Shown here: piece by piece, positions 1 to 9,144 of the stretch
Layout of the letters: every line of letters begins with the position of its first letter
How positions within the stretch are numbered: position 1 is the stretch's first letter
From: Longimicrobiales bacterium
Lineage (GTDB): Bacteria > Gemmatimonadota > Gemmatimonadetes > Longimicrobiales > Gaopeijiaceae
Reading direction: 5' to 3'
Assembly: GCA_041690395.1 (NCBI GenBank)
Contig: JAWLHJ010000006.1
Location: 166,530-230,529, forward strand
DNA length: 64,000 nucleotides
Translations under genes and position numbers: made by a program
The notes under the pieces: generated by a model
Told to the model about the DNA's origin: nothing
The model's input: the letters and a program-made list of their open reading frames with translations, nothing else
The model's database searches: none

Positions 1-992
1 GGATCGAGCTCGGGCGCCACCACCGGCAGCCCCATCCCCACGAACTCGTAGACCTTCAGCGGGCTCGTCGCCTGGGTGACGTCGTCGCGCGTCCAGGGGA
101 GGACGGCGAGGTCGGAGTGGGCCAGGTAGGGAGGGAGATCGGGTTGCGGCTTGAGGCCCAGGAAGACGCAGTTGGCCGGCAGCCCCAGTCCCTCGCCGCG
201 GTAGTCGCCCACGAAGACGAAGCTCGTGTCGGGATGGTCGGCGGCGAGCCGGCCGACGAGGCTCCAGTCGAACCATCCGCCCCAGAGGGCCCCCACGTAG
301 AGGGCCACCCGCCCGTCGGGAAGGTCCTCCGGGCGAGCGTGGGGATGGTCGCTGTCGAAGATCCGTCCGTTGTAGGCGTTCGGCACAAGGTGGACCTCGC
401 GCTCGGCCATGCGCTCCAGGCGCCGCACGAGCTCGGGGGCGGAGGCCACGACCAGGTCGGCGTCGAGCGCCACGCGCCGCTCGACCTCGGGGCGGTACCA
501 CCCCTTGCCGAGCTCCGAGTCCCACCGGTCGACACAGTCGTAGACGGTCACCGCCCCGCCCGACGACGCCCGCTCGAGGATGCGGAGCCAGGCGCGCACC
601 GGCACCTGGGTGATCACGGACGAGACGCCCCGCTCCCAGAGCAGCGCCCGGGCGGCCTTGCCCGAGGGACCGGTGAACGACTTGAGCGACGTCTCCACGA
701 GCCGCGGCCGTTGGAAGCGGAGCCCGAGGTCGACGGTTTCGGTGACGCGTCCGTGGCTCACGAAGACGACCGCGTAGCCCGACTCCAGGAGCTCGAGCGC
801 CATCTGCGCGCTGCGCTGGCCACCCCCGGTGTCGTGCATCGGGTTCGCCGACAGGATCAGCACCGTGCCGGGGGCGCCCTCCGTCGCCCGGGCTACGCGC
901 TCGCGCAGGCTCTTCACGGCCGCGAGCGAATGCGCGTACGCGCCGGGGCCGGGCGCCTCGCGAACCGGGCCGACGTCACGGCCCGCCCGCAC
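1..992 (-). CDS. GT4-like glycosyltransferase (partial, runs off the left edge; start uncertain)
   Basis: Absent from the ORF track; translated by hand: ...TVLILSANPMHDTGGGQRSAQMALE...YDCVDRW...VHLVPNAYN...YVGALWGGWFDW...LPPYLAHSDLAVLPW...TSPLKVYEFVGMGLPVVAP. The P-K-x-Y-E...G-x-P-V-V motif is typical of GT-B/GT4 enzymes. In-frame GTG at 992 (alternative 917). Confidence 0.8.
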   Translation of the reverse strand, partial: MRAGRDVGPVREAPGPGAYAHSLAAVKSLRERVARATEGAPGTVLILSANPMHDTGGGQRSAQMALELLESGYAVVFVSHGRVTETVDLGLRFQRPRLVETSLKSFTGPSGKAARALLWERGVSSVITQVPVRAWLRILERASSGGAVTVYDCVDRWDSELGKGWYRPEVERRVALDADLVVASAPELVRRLERMAEREVHLVPNAYNGRIFDSDHPHARPEDLPDGRVALYVGALWGGWFDWSLVGRLAADHPDTSFVFVGDYRGEGLGLPANCVFLGLKPQPDLPPYLAHSDLAVLPWTRDDVTQATSPLKVYEFVGMGLPVVAPELD

Positions 993-1157
993 CGCACGGG
1001 GCGGGGCGTGCGGGACGGCGCGGCGGTGGACTCGGTCGTGGGGACCATGGACCTCGGAGGAGGGTGGTAGGACGGCGCGGCCCCAAACATGGGCGAGGGA
1101 CCCCGATGTCTCCAGGGTGTCAGTCCGACCTACCCTCCCGGCGGCGACTCCGGGACC

Positions 1158-2510
1158 TCAGAGATCCAGTTCGTACGCCTTGATCTTGTTGATCAACGTC
1201 GCCCGGGCGATACCGAGATCCTTTGCGGCGTGCGTGCGGTTGCCGTCGTGGTGCACGAGCATGCGCTCGATGTGACGGCGCTCGACGGTCTGGAGCGGCT
1301 CGGGCGTGAATCCGCCCCGCCTGGACCGCGTGCCGCTCTTCTTCAGCTCGGCCGGCAGGTGCTCGGGGCCGATCGCTTCCGCGTCCCCGCCGAAGATCAG
1401 CGCCCGCTCCAGCACGTTCCGCATCTCGCGGATGTTGCCCGGCCACTCGTAGGTGATCAGCCGGTCGAGGGCGTCGTCGGAGAACGCCGTGGGGCCCCGC
1501 CGGATCTCCACCCTGAGCTCCCGCAGGATCCCGTGCAGCAGCGCGAGCCGGTCCTCCTCGGTCCGCTCGCGGACGGCCGGCAGGTGGAGGGGCGTCACGT
1601 TCAGGCGGTAGAAGAGGTCCTCGCGGAACCTGCCTTCCTCCCGGAGGCGATCCAGGTCCTGGTGGGTGGCGGCGACCAGCCGGGCATCCACCGTGATCTC
1701 GCGGGTGCCGCCGAGGCGCCGGAACGTCTTGGTCTCCAGCACCTTGAGGAGCTTGGGCTGGAGCTCGGGGGCCAGGTCGCCGACCTCGTCCAGGAAGAGG
1801 ACGCCGGTGTGCGCGGCCTCGAACAGCCCCTCCCGGCGCTCCTTGGCGTCGGTGTACGCTCCCTTCTCGTGGCCGAAGAGCTCGGAGTCGAGGAAGGTGG
1901 CGGTGAGACCGGCGCAGTTGACCTCCACGAACGGCCGGTCGGAGCGGGCGCTCATCCCGTGTAGCATGCGCGCGACCCAGCCCTTCCCCGTGCCGCTCTC
2001 GCCGGTCAGGAGCACGGTGGTCCGGTCGCTCTCGGCCAGGAGCCGGATCTGGCCCGCGAGATCGGTCATGAGCGGGGAGACCCCGAGTGCGTCCAGGTCG
2101 CCGGTACCGTCCCCGGCTCGCGCCTTGAGCGCGGCGTTCTCTCGCCGGAGCCGGGTCTTCTCGGCGGCGCGTCCCACCACGGCGCCGAGATGCGCGAGCT
2201 CGACGGGCTTGGTGAGGAAGTTCTCGGCCCCCAGCCGCATGCTGCGCACCGCCGTTTCGATGTCGCCGGTACCGGTGAGCATGACGACGCAGCCGTCGCG
2301 CTCCCGGATCCGCTCGAGCACCTCGAGACCGTGCAGGTCCGGAAGCTCGAGATCGAGCACGACGACGTCCGGGCGGTGGCGCTCGTAGGCCTCGACGCCG
2401 CCGGCTCCGACCGACTCGGCCAGCACGTCGTAGCCGAGCCCTTCCAAGTATCGCTTGAGCGACCTCAGGATGTTCGGGTCGTCGTCGACCAGCAGCACCG
2501 TTCCGCTCAC
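1158..2510 (-). CDS. Sigma54-dependent response regulator (receiver + AAA+ + Fis-type HTH; NtrC/AtoC/PilR family)
   Basis: LLVDDD receiver, GESGTGK Walker A, ELFGHEKGAYTDA, LFLDEV, FREDLFYRL, WPGNIRE and a C-terminal HTH (GNRTHAAKDLGIARATL). GTG at 2510 overlaps the upstream TGA. Confidence 0.93.
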   Translation of the reverse strand: MSGTVLLVDDDPNILRSLKRYLEGLGYDVLAESVGAGGVEAYERHRPDVVVLDLELPDLHGLEVLERIRERDGCVVMLTGTGDIETAVRSMRLGAENFLTKPVELAHLGAVVGRAAEKTRLRRENAALKARAGDGTGDLDALGVSPLMTDLAGQIRLLAESDRTTVLLTGESGTGKGWVARMLHGMSARSDRPFVEVNCAGLTATFLDSELFGHEKGAYTDAKERREGLFEAAHTGVLFLDEVGDLAPELQPKLLKVLETKTFRRLGGTREITVDARLVAATHQDLDRLREEGRFREDLFYRLNVTPLHLPAVRERTEEDRLALLHGILRELRVEIRRGPTAFSDDALDRLITYEWPGNIREMRNVLERALIFGGDAEAIGPEHLPAELKKSGTRSRRGGFTPEPLQTVERRHIERMLVHHDGNRTHAAKDLGIARATLINKIKAYELDL

Positions 2511-5134
2511 GAGCCCTGACCGTCGATGGGCTCGGGAACCAGGCGCACCACCACCGGCCCGGGGGACGGCGCGTCGGCCTGGAGCGGAATCTCTACCGGA
2601 TAGGCCGCGCGTTCGGGCTCCATGCCCATCGTTCCGGGAGAGCCGGTCGCCAGCCGGAGCTCGTAGCGCCCCGGCTTCACCCCGATCTCGTAGATCTCGC
2701 CGTCGGAGAACGCCCTGATGGAACGGCTCTGCCCCGTCTCGACGTCCACCAACTCGAGCTGGGCGTAGGGCACGGCCACCTCGCCGTCGGCGGTGACGCG
2801 CACCACCCGGCCCACGAGCTCGCGAGCCCGGGCGAGGGGGATGTCGACGCGGCCGAACGAGGACGGGGGCACGACGACGCGGACCTGGTCGCGGGTCGGT
2901 ACCAGGAACGGGTCGGCGATCGACGCGGAGTCGGCCCAGACCTCCACGGGCTCGAACGGCACCAGGTCCCACGCGTGGTGCCGTCCGTCCTCGTCGGTCC
3001 TCACCGTGCGACCGCCGATCACGACGCGCACGTCGTCGAGCCCCGTTTCGTCGGGGTCACGGATTCCGTTTCCGTTGTCATCCACGAAGACATAACCCGA
3101 GACCCCACCGCGCTCCAGCCCGGGCCGACCCGTGAACCCCAGACGCCCCACCGACTCGTCCCAGTGCATGGCCCCCTGCGTCACCTGGGTCACCCGCGCC
3201 GGGAAGCCCTCCGGGGCGGCGAGCTGGGTGAGGCTGCGAAGCTGCGCCAGGTCCGCCGAGAAGGTGACGGTCAGGTCGGACCCGAGCCCGCGACGCCATC
3301 CGCCGCCGACCTCGAGACGCGTCGCCCGGGTGATCTGGTACGCCAGCCGGGCCCGCATCCGCTCGACCTGTTCGCCTTCGAGAAACTCCATCTCTCCCCG
3401 GGCCCAGAGCCGGTGCCCTCCGGGAAGCGAAACGAGGCCCGTGACCGAGCCTTGCTGGAAGTCCCGGACCCACCGCGCCCCCATGCCCATGTCGTCCGTC
3501 TCCCGCCGGATGCCCAACTCGACGTTGGCCGGGCCGGCTCGGAAGGTCGACGACGCCTGCATCCGCGAGAGCACCCCGAAATCGAAGTCCTGACGCAGGA
3601 CGGACGCACGCACGAGCCATCGTGAGCGGCTGGCCACGGGGCGAAAAAGCAGGTCGGCCTCCGTGGTGGCGCTCCGACTTCCGTCGTTCAGGACGGGCGC
3701 CGCGACGTCCGACGAGAAGGCCGTATGCGCCACTCGCGCCCGGAGGCGCGGAGACGGCGCGAACGTCAGGCCACCCCGCAGGAACCCCCGATGCACCGCC
3801 TCGGCCGTGAGTTGGAGACTCGGCACGATCGAGCCCGTCACGCCCACGTAGGGCTGCGCCAGCGACGGGAGGGAATCGCGGGTGAACGACTCCATGCCGG
3901 CGCGCGCCGTCCAGCGCTCCGAGAGCCCGTACCGGAGGTCGAGGTTGCCCGTGAAGTCGCAACGCGAGTCCCGGCACGCCCCGCCGCTCAGCCCCCACTC
4001 GAACGTCCCGGCGCTCAGCCGGTCCAGACCGAGCAGCACGAGGCGCTCCGTGGTGACGACCTCGCCGTGTGGGCCGAACGCTACGACCTGGATGGCGTTC
4101 TCTCCGTACCGCAGAGGGATGTCCAGGGCGAAGGCGCCCTGCTCGTCGGCACGGCTGACGTCGACGGTGCCGCCGGACTGCCGCAGCTCGACGTCCCAGC
4201 CGGGGCCGACCCGACCCGAGAACGCATCCACGCCGAAAAAACTCCGGCGCACGAAGGGTGCGTTCGTGAACGAGAAGCCACGAAGGCTCCGGTAACGAGG
4301 CCCGGTCGTGAAGCCGTCGCCGAAGCGCATCTGGGTCAGCCAGCTCAGGTCGTGGAAGACGCGCTGGTACGTCGCGTCGATCCGGTGCCTGCCCTGGCTC
4401 GCCGGCCCGACGCTCTGGGCGCTGACCTGCACGCCACCCTCGAAGGCCCGCGCGCCCAGACCGACGGCATACGCGGTGCTCTCCGACAGGTCGTTCATGG
4501 TGGAAGAGAGGCGCCAGTCGACGACCGCCCCGCCGAGCCGGGGGCGCTCCAGCTCGAGGAGCTGCGCGCCCGCGCCCGCCTCGCGTCCGCCGGTGAGGTT
4601 CCGCCAGCGGGCCTCACGCTCGAGCCGCAGGCCGACGGGAAGCGCTTCGGGGTTCCGGACCGTCACCGCCAGCTGGCTCAGGTCGGTGCGAATGCCGAGC
4701 CCGAGCAATGCCTCGAGGACCGAAGTCGCCACGTACGTGCTGCCCCCACTCACCGCGATCGAGCCTTCGGGCAGCGAGGAGGGCGCGCCGTCCACGCTCG
4801 CAAGCCCCGCCACCGGGTCGATGGCGACGACCCGAGCGCCGGGATAAAGCACCGCCCGCACGCGTCCGTCCGCGTCGACCGTGTGCTCGACCTCCCCGAG
4901 GCGGAGGAGATCGCCGACGGGGAGCAGGACCTCGGCACCGTCGGAGAGCGCGAAGACGGTAGCCGACATCAGCCGGCCGATACGGAGCTCGACGAGCACC
5001 TCGTCGAGGTCGGCAGCCGACGCGATCGCCGCCGGCGTGGCAGGATCCTGCGCGTGGACGTCCCCGGCCCAAGGCCCGGCCAGCAGCGCTCCGAGCGCGA
5101 GGCACGCCAGGCCCCCACGCCGGACCCGCGTCAT
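2507..5134 (-). CDS. Usher-like outer-membrane fimbrial assembly protein (875 aa)
   Basis: Signal peptide, a long amphipathic beta-strand region, a plug-like segment (DIPLRYGENAIQVVAFGPHGE) and C-terminal SdrD-B-like (GYVFVDDNGNGIRDPDETG) and Ig-like domains. Translationally coupled (ATGA) to the chaperone gene. Confidence 0.72.
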   Translation of the reverse strand: MTRVRRGGLACLALGALLAGPWAGDVHAQDPATPAAIASAADLDEVLVELRIGRLMSATVFALSDGAEVLLPVGDLLRLGEVEHTVDADGRVRAVLYPGARVVAIDPVAGLASVDGAPSSLPEGSIAVSGGSTYVATSVLEALLGLGIRTDLSQLAVTVRNPEALPVGLRLEREARWRNLTGGREAGAGAQLLELERPRLGGAVVDWRLSSTMNDLSESTAYAVGLGARAFEGGVQVSAQSVGPASQGRHRIDATYQRVFHDLSWLTQMRFGDGFTTGPRYRSLRGFSFTNAPFVRRSFFGVDAFSGRVGPGWDVELRQSGGTVDVSRADEQGAFALDIPLRYGENAIQVVAFGPHGEVVTTERLVLLGLDRLSAGTFEWGLSGGACRDSRCDFTGNLDLRYGLSERWTARAGMESFTRDSLPSLAQPYVGVTGSIVPSLQLTAEAVHRGFLRGGLTFAPSPRLRARVAHTAFSSDVAAPVLNDGSRSATTEADLLFRPVASRSRWLVRASVLRQDFDFGVLSRMQASSTFRAGPANVELGIRRETDDMGMGARWVRDFQQGSVTGLVSLPGGHRLWARGEMEFLEGEQVERMRARLAYQITRATRLEVGGGWRRGLGSDLTVTFSADLAQLRSLTQLAAPEGFPARVTQVTQGAMHWDESVGRLGFTGRPGLERGGVSGYVFVDDNGNGIRDPDETGLDDVRVVIGGRTVRTDEDGRHHAWDLVPFEPVEVWADSASIADPFLVPTRDQVRVVVPPSSFGRVDIPLARARELVGRVVRVTADGEVAVPYAQLELVDVETGQSRSIRAFSDGEIYEIGVKPGRYELRLATGSPGTMGMEPERAAYPVEIPLQADAPSPGPVVVRLVPEPIDGQGS

Positions 5135-5970
5135 GGGCGAACCACGTCCGCGGTCACCTCGACGGGATCGGCGATGAGCCGGTCGGCCGCCGGGATGTCG
5201 TCCCGCTCGGTGGTGAACCGGAGCACCATCCGGTAAGTGCCCGTCGGAAGGCTGGAGACGTCGTAGGCGTAGCGCCGGCTGTATTCGCGGTACACCGCCA
5301 CCTGTTCGCTCCACGCAGCCACCTCGGAGCCGTCGGCGGCGAGCAGACGCACGTCCATGTCGCCGATGTAGGCGCCTTCGCCGCCGCGCACCAGGATGGG
5401 CCGCATGTAGAGCGTGTCCCCGCGGACCTCGGGCTGGAAGTCCTCGACGCTCAGTGACGTCCGCACATCACCTTTCCTGTACGTCACCGAGATGATCGTC
5501 CGGACCTGCATGTCCAACCCAACGTTCACCTGAGCCGTGTCCGCGCCGGCAGCCGGCAACCGCTGCGCGCGGCTCGTGAGCACGAGTCGGGACCAATACT
5601 CGCCGTCGGGCGTCCCGACCGGAGGACGGGCCAGGAGGCGAACGATCCGGCGCTCACCGGGCGGCACCACGACACGTCGCGGGAGGGCCTGGATCCACCC
5701 TGCGGCCGAGCGCGGATCGTCCCCGACCGAATCGGTGTGGAGGAACAGCCGCCCCTCCGTGTCCGTTGTGGGATATCCGAACAACGTCTCGACGGTCACT
5801 TCCTCGGGATCGTTCGACGGGTTGTACAGCGTGATGGCCGCCGCCGGCTCGCGCTCCGTGATGTAGACGGCGGTCGGGGCCACGACGATGGCCACGGCCT
5901 CGACCAGGAGCGCACCGAGACAGAGCACGCCCGTGAGGGTGAGGGCACGGAGAACGGAATCGAGGCGCAT
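5131..5970 (-). CDS. Periplasmic fimbrial chaperone (PapD-like N-domain)
   Basis: Signal peptide followed by VVAPTAVYI...AITLYNPSN...WIQALPRRVVVPPGERRIVRL...PDGEYWSRL, the pattern of pilus chaperones; lies between pilins and usher. Confidence 0.8.
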   Translation of the reverse strand: MRLDSVLRALTLTGVLCLGALLVEAVAIVVAPTAVYITEREPAAAITLYNPSNDPEEVTVETLFGYPTTDTEGRLFLHTDSVGDDPRSAAGWIQALPRRVVVPPGERRIVRLLARPPVGTPDGEYWSRLVLTSRAQRLPAAGADTAQVNVGLDMQVRTIISVTYRKGDVRTSLSVEDFQPEVRGDTLYMRPILVRGGEGAYIGDMDVRLLAADGSEVAAWSEQVAVYREYSRRYAYDVSSLPTGTYRMVLRFTTERDDIPAADRLIADPVEVTADVVRP

Positions 5971-6476
5971 CAGCTTCCCACGTACGAGAGTGTAACCGTG
6001 ATCGTCGCTCCGTAGGTGCCGGGCGGGATCTGCGTCGGGGGCGAAGCGATTCCACCGAGGTAGATCATCCCCCGTCCGTTCTGGGGCAGCTGGAGGACCT
6101 CGGACACCTCCGGGTCGAGGGCGATCTGCGCGTTGATGTCCCGGCTCGGAGAGTAGCCGGCCGAACCGACGCCGAAGGTGAGTGGAACGCCCGCGCCGCC
6201 GGGGCCATCGAGCTGGGTCGGGAGCAGGAACGAGAGTAGCACGTCGCTACCGCCCCGCCCCCGGACCTCGACGCTCGCCGCGTTCAGGGCGTCGTTCGAT
6301 GGAACCACTGTGGGCACCCCGGGAAGGAGCGTGCCGAAAGACAGGCCTTGCCTCGCGTCGACCCGTAGGGGCCGCCCACCACCCGGGGGCCGTGGTCCGG
6401 GAGGACCCTGAGCCTCCAGAGCTGGGGCGCCCAACAGTAGCGCGAGCAGGGCGAGCGTGGAGACGCGTGGCATCAT
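5970..6476 (-). CDS. DUF4402-like pilin, probable minor/tip subunit
   Basis: Signal peptide, LSFGTLLPGVPTVV, YLGG and C-terminal GTYGATITVTLSY; clear paralogue of 6581-7063. Confidence 0.75.
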   Translation of the reverse strand: MMPRVSTLALLALLLGAPALEAQGPPGPRPPGGGRPLRVDARQGLSFGTLLPGVPTVVPSNDALNAASVEVRGRGGSDVLLSFLLPTQLDGPGGAGVPLTFGVGSAGYSPSRDINAQIALDPEVSEVLQLPQNGRGMIYLGGIASPPTQIPPGTYGATITVTLSYVGS

Positions 6477-6493
6477 CCCATGGGAGAGCGAGC

Positions 6494-6538
6494 CGAGGCC
6501 GGCGCCCCGGAGCCGTGTGGCCCGGGACCCCGGCCTCG
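6494..6538 (-). terminator. Intercistronic stem-loop after the major pilin (partial terminator or mRNA stabiliser)
   Basis: CGAGGCCGG...CCGGCCTCG outer stem with an additional inner GC pairing; no clear U tract. Confidence 0.5.
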
Positions 6539-6580
6539 TGGACCGGTCGGAGGCAAGGTATCACCTCGCGCACAACCCGG

Positions 6581-7063
6581 TCAGTTTGGATACACGACTG
6601 TCAGGGTGACCGTCCCGGAGTAGGTGCCCGCTCCCTGGTCGACCGCGGGAAGCACGGTGCCGCCCAGGAACACGTCCCAGCCACCGGACGCCCCAAGACC
6701 GACCGTCACGTCCGCGTTCGGGTCGAGGCCGGTGCTCGGCGCGCCGTCGCCGTACCCTGCGTCGAACGACACCGGCATGGTCAGGGCGCCCGCGGTCAGC
6801 TCGGTAGGGAGGGTGAAGTCCACGATGACGTCCTGGTCGGCCGCACCGGAGACCGTGAAGGCGCCACCGGTAGCGGCCCCAGGAGCCACGACGGTCGGCA
6901 CGCCAGGAAGCACCTGACCGAAATTGAGGTCGGCGACGGCCGTGACGTCGATGGGCGACAGCACCTCAGCGAGCGCCTGGATGTCGGCCGTGTTCTGTCC
7001 GGAGACCGCGCCCGGAAGAGCGAGGAGGGCGGCGGCCGCGAAGGCGATGATCGAGTTGCGCAT
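6581..7063 (-). CDS. DUF4402-like pilin, probable major subunit (160 aa)
   Basis: ATG at 7063 after a purine-rich RBS; signal peptide MRNSIIAFAAAALLALPGAVSG, N-terminal extension QNTADIQALAEVL, LNFGQVLPGVPTVV and C-terminal GTYSGTVTLTVVY. First gene of the operon. Confidence 0.8.
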   Translation of the reverse strand: MRNSIIAFAAAALLALPGAVSGQNTADIQALAEVLSPIDVTAVADLNFGQVLPGVPTVVAPGAATGGAFTVSGAADQDVIVDFTLPTELTAGALTMPVSFDAGYGDGAPSTGLDPNADVTVGLGASGGWDVFLGGTVLPAVDQGAGTYSGTVTLTVVYPN

Positions 7064-7137
7064 GGTTCTCTTTCCCTGTCCTATGGATGTCGAGCGGGTG
7101 GTCGTCCGAGATGTGCAGGTCGGTGCGAACGGCATGG

Positions 7138-7152
7138 GCAACACGGATGCCA
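7138..7152 (-). promoter_or_regulatory. Sigma54 (-24/-12) promoter of the pilus operon
   Basis: TGGCATCCGTGTTGC on the minus strand (GG-N10-GC, TTGC intact), about 75 bp upstream of the pilin ATG; the operon ends in a sigma54 activator. Confidence 0.75.
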
Positions 7153-7173
7153 CGACCGTCTCGAAGTGCGCCA

Positions 7174-7192
7174 CTGTCTAATATCGAGACAG
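7174..7192. promoter_or_regulatory. Putative enhancer-binding-protein site 1 (TGT-N11-ACA)
   Basis: Inverted repeat CTGTCT-AATATCG-AGACAG. Confidence 0.55.
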
Positions 7193-7232
7193 CTAGGGCG
7201 GCGGCGCGGTACCATGCCGAGGAGTCGGTGTG

Positions 7233-7251
7233 GTGTATAAATATCGTACAC
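7233..7251. promoter_or_regulatory. Putative enhancer-binding-protein site 2 (TGT-N11-ACA)
   Basis: Inverted repeat GTGTA-TAAATATCG-TACAC; shares the AATATCG core with site 1. Confidence 0.55.
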
Positions 7252-7328
7252 TTCGGGAGTCGCCGACGAGGTCGCCCTCTCGCTTGTAAGCCAATACCCT
7301 ACAATTACTTAGGAAGATATCGACACCC

Positions 7329-7344
7329 AGGCACGCCTCGTGCA
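7329..7344 (+). promoter_or_regulatory. Divergent sigma54 promoter
   Basis: AGGCACGCCTCGTGCA (GG-N10-GC), about 40 bp before ATG 7383; IHF-like CAATTACTTA at 7302-7311. Confidence 0.6.
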
Positions 7345-7382
7345 CCTTTGGGTCGGCGACACCTCCCCCCACGGAGCCGACG

Positions 7383-7715
7383 ATGAGGACCCACGGACAC
7401 GCAACGCTACTGACGACCAGCCTGATGGTCGCCGCACTCGGCGCCTTTCATATTGCAAGACCCATGGCGGTTTCCGCCCAGGCGAGCGCTTCTCTGACGG
7501 TTTCGGCGACCGTGGTGCGCTCCGACGCGGCCTGGTCGGGCCACGAGATGGGCCAGGCGCTCGTGCAATCCGTGGCCAGCACCCACCCCGAAGCCGCCGA
7601 TGGGGTAGACATCATCGACGCGCCCCTCGAGCGGGACGGGACCATCGCCTGGGTGGAGCCGACCCCCGCGTCCGCGAGCGAGCCGACAGTCACGGTCGCT
7701 CACGTGGGGAGCTGA
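7383..7715 (+). CDS. Small secreted protein with a pilin donor-strand-like N-terminus
   Basis: GGAG RBS, signal peptide ending VSA|Q, then QASASLTVSATVV; C-terminus VTVAHVGS resembles pilin VTLSYVGS. Confidence 0.65.
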   Translation: MRTHGHATLLTTSLMVAALGAFHIARPMAVSAQASASLTVSATVVRSDAAWSGHEMGQALVQSVASTHPEAADGVDIIDAPLERDGTIAWVEPTPASASEPTVTVAHVGS

Positions 7716-7847
7716 TCCGGCCGCACGATCAGGCGGGTCGCTGAGAAGCACCAACCCCCGTGCGTTGGACCGTGGGGGTTCCGGCCGGGTCCGCGGCACG
7801 CCAAGCTAAGGGGTCACTGGTCCACCTCCCCGACCCCAGTTCCGACC

Positions 7848-9083
7848 ATGAACGTCCTGGTCCTCAACGCAGGATCCTCCACGCTCAAGTTCGAGCTGGT
7901 GCTGACCGACGCCGAGCGCATGGCCTCGGACAGCGACGAGAAGCTCGCGCTCGGAACCATCGAGCGTATCGGCGGCGAATCGGTCCTGCACCTCACCGAC
8001 GCCGACGGGGCGACCACCATCGAGACCGCGACGCTGCGGGACCTCTCGGCGGCGGTCGACTGGATCCTCCGCTGGCTGGCTTCCGACCGGTCCGGCGTGC
8101 CCGTGTCGGCCATCTCGGACATCGGCGCGGTGGGGCACCGGGTCGTGCACGGTGGCGAAGAGTTCAGGAGCTCCGTCCGAGTCGACGACGACGTGCTGGC
8201 AACGCTCCAGGACCTCATTCCCCTGGCGCCCCTCCACAACCCGTACAACATCCAGGGGATGCGCGCGGTGCGTTCCGTCCTCGGCGCCGGGGTGCCGCAG
8301 GTCGCGGTCTTCGACACGGCATTCCACGCATCGCTGCCGGAGCACGCCTATCTCTATGCCATCCCCTACTCACTCTACCGACGTCACAAGCTGCGTCGGT
8401 ACGGCTTCCACGGGACGTCGCACCGGTATGTGGCGTGGCGGTATCGGACGCTCCTGGGCGTCCCGAAGGAGGAGGTGCGCGTCGTGACGCTCCATCTCGG
8501 GAACGGATGCTCGGCGTGCGCGATCTCCGGCGGTGAGTCCGTCGACACGTCCATGGGATACACGCCCCTCGAAGGGCTGGTGATGGGCACCCGCGCCGGC
8601 GACGTGGACCCGGCACTTCTCGACGTGATCGCCTCCAAGGAGGGGATGAGCATCAGCGAGGTCGAGGGACTGCTCAACCGCCAGTCGGGGCTCCTGGGGA
8701 TCTCCGGGCTGACCCACGACATGCGCGACCTCCTCGCCGAGGTCGACGAGCACGACGACCGCCGGGCGCGCCTCGCGATCGACGTCTTCTGCTACCGGGC
8801 ACGCAAGTACATCGGCGCCTATCTCGCGGCCATGGGAGGCGCGGACGCGGTGATCTTCACCGGCGGCATCGGAGCCAACGCGCCGGGGGTTCGCGCGGCC
8901 ATCGTGGACGGGCTCGACTGGATGGGCCTCGAGCTCGACGTAGAGGTGAACGCGCGCATGAAGGGGGGCGAGACGGGCCCGATCACGCGCGACGACGCCC
9001 GGCTCGCGGCCTGGGTGATCCCGACCGACGAGGAGCTTCTCATCGCCCGCGACACCTACCGACTGGTCACCGGGAACGCCTGA
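7848..9083 (+). CDS. ackA: Acetate kinase
   Basis: [66 protein letters not shown]. Confidence 0.97.
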   Translation: MNVLVLNAGSSTLKFELVLTDAERMASDSDEKLALGTIERIGGESVLHLTDADGATTIETATLRDLSAAVDWILRWLASDRSGVPVSAISDIGAVGHRVVHGGEEFRSSVRVDDDVLATLQDLIPLAPLHNPYNIQGMRAVRSVLGAGVPQVAVFDTAFHASLPEHAYLYAIPYSLYRRHKLRRYGFHGTSHRYVAWRYRTLLGVPKEEVRVVTLHLGNGCSACAISGGESVDTSMGYTPLEGLVMGTRAGDVDPALLDVIASKEGMSISEVEGLLNRQSGLLGISGLTHDMRDLLAEVDEHDDRRARLAIDVFCYRARKYIGAYLAAMGGADAVIFTGGIGANAPGVRAAIVDGLDWMGLELDVEVNARMKGGETGPITRDDARLAAWVIPTDEELLIARDTYRLVTGNA

Positions 9084-9144
9084 GCGCCAGCCGCCGCCCC
9101 ATCGCCCGCGCCCTTCACGGCCGTGAGGGGGCGGCGGGCCGCAC

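Noticed and set aside
117..1070. 317-aa plus-strand ORF
   Set aside because: Antisense shadow of the minus-strand glycosyltransferase, which has recognisable motifs.
2511..2972. N-terminal extension of the 604-aa regulator ORF
   Set aside because: Overlaps the usher gene out of frame and is Arg/Gly/Pro junk; the real start is GTG 2510.
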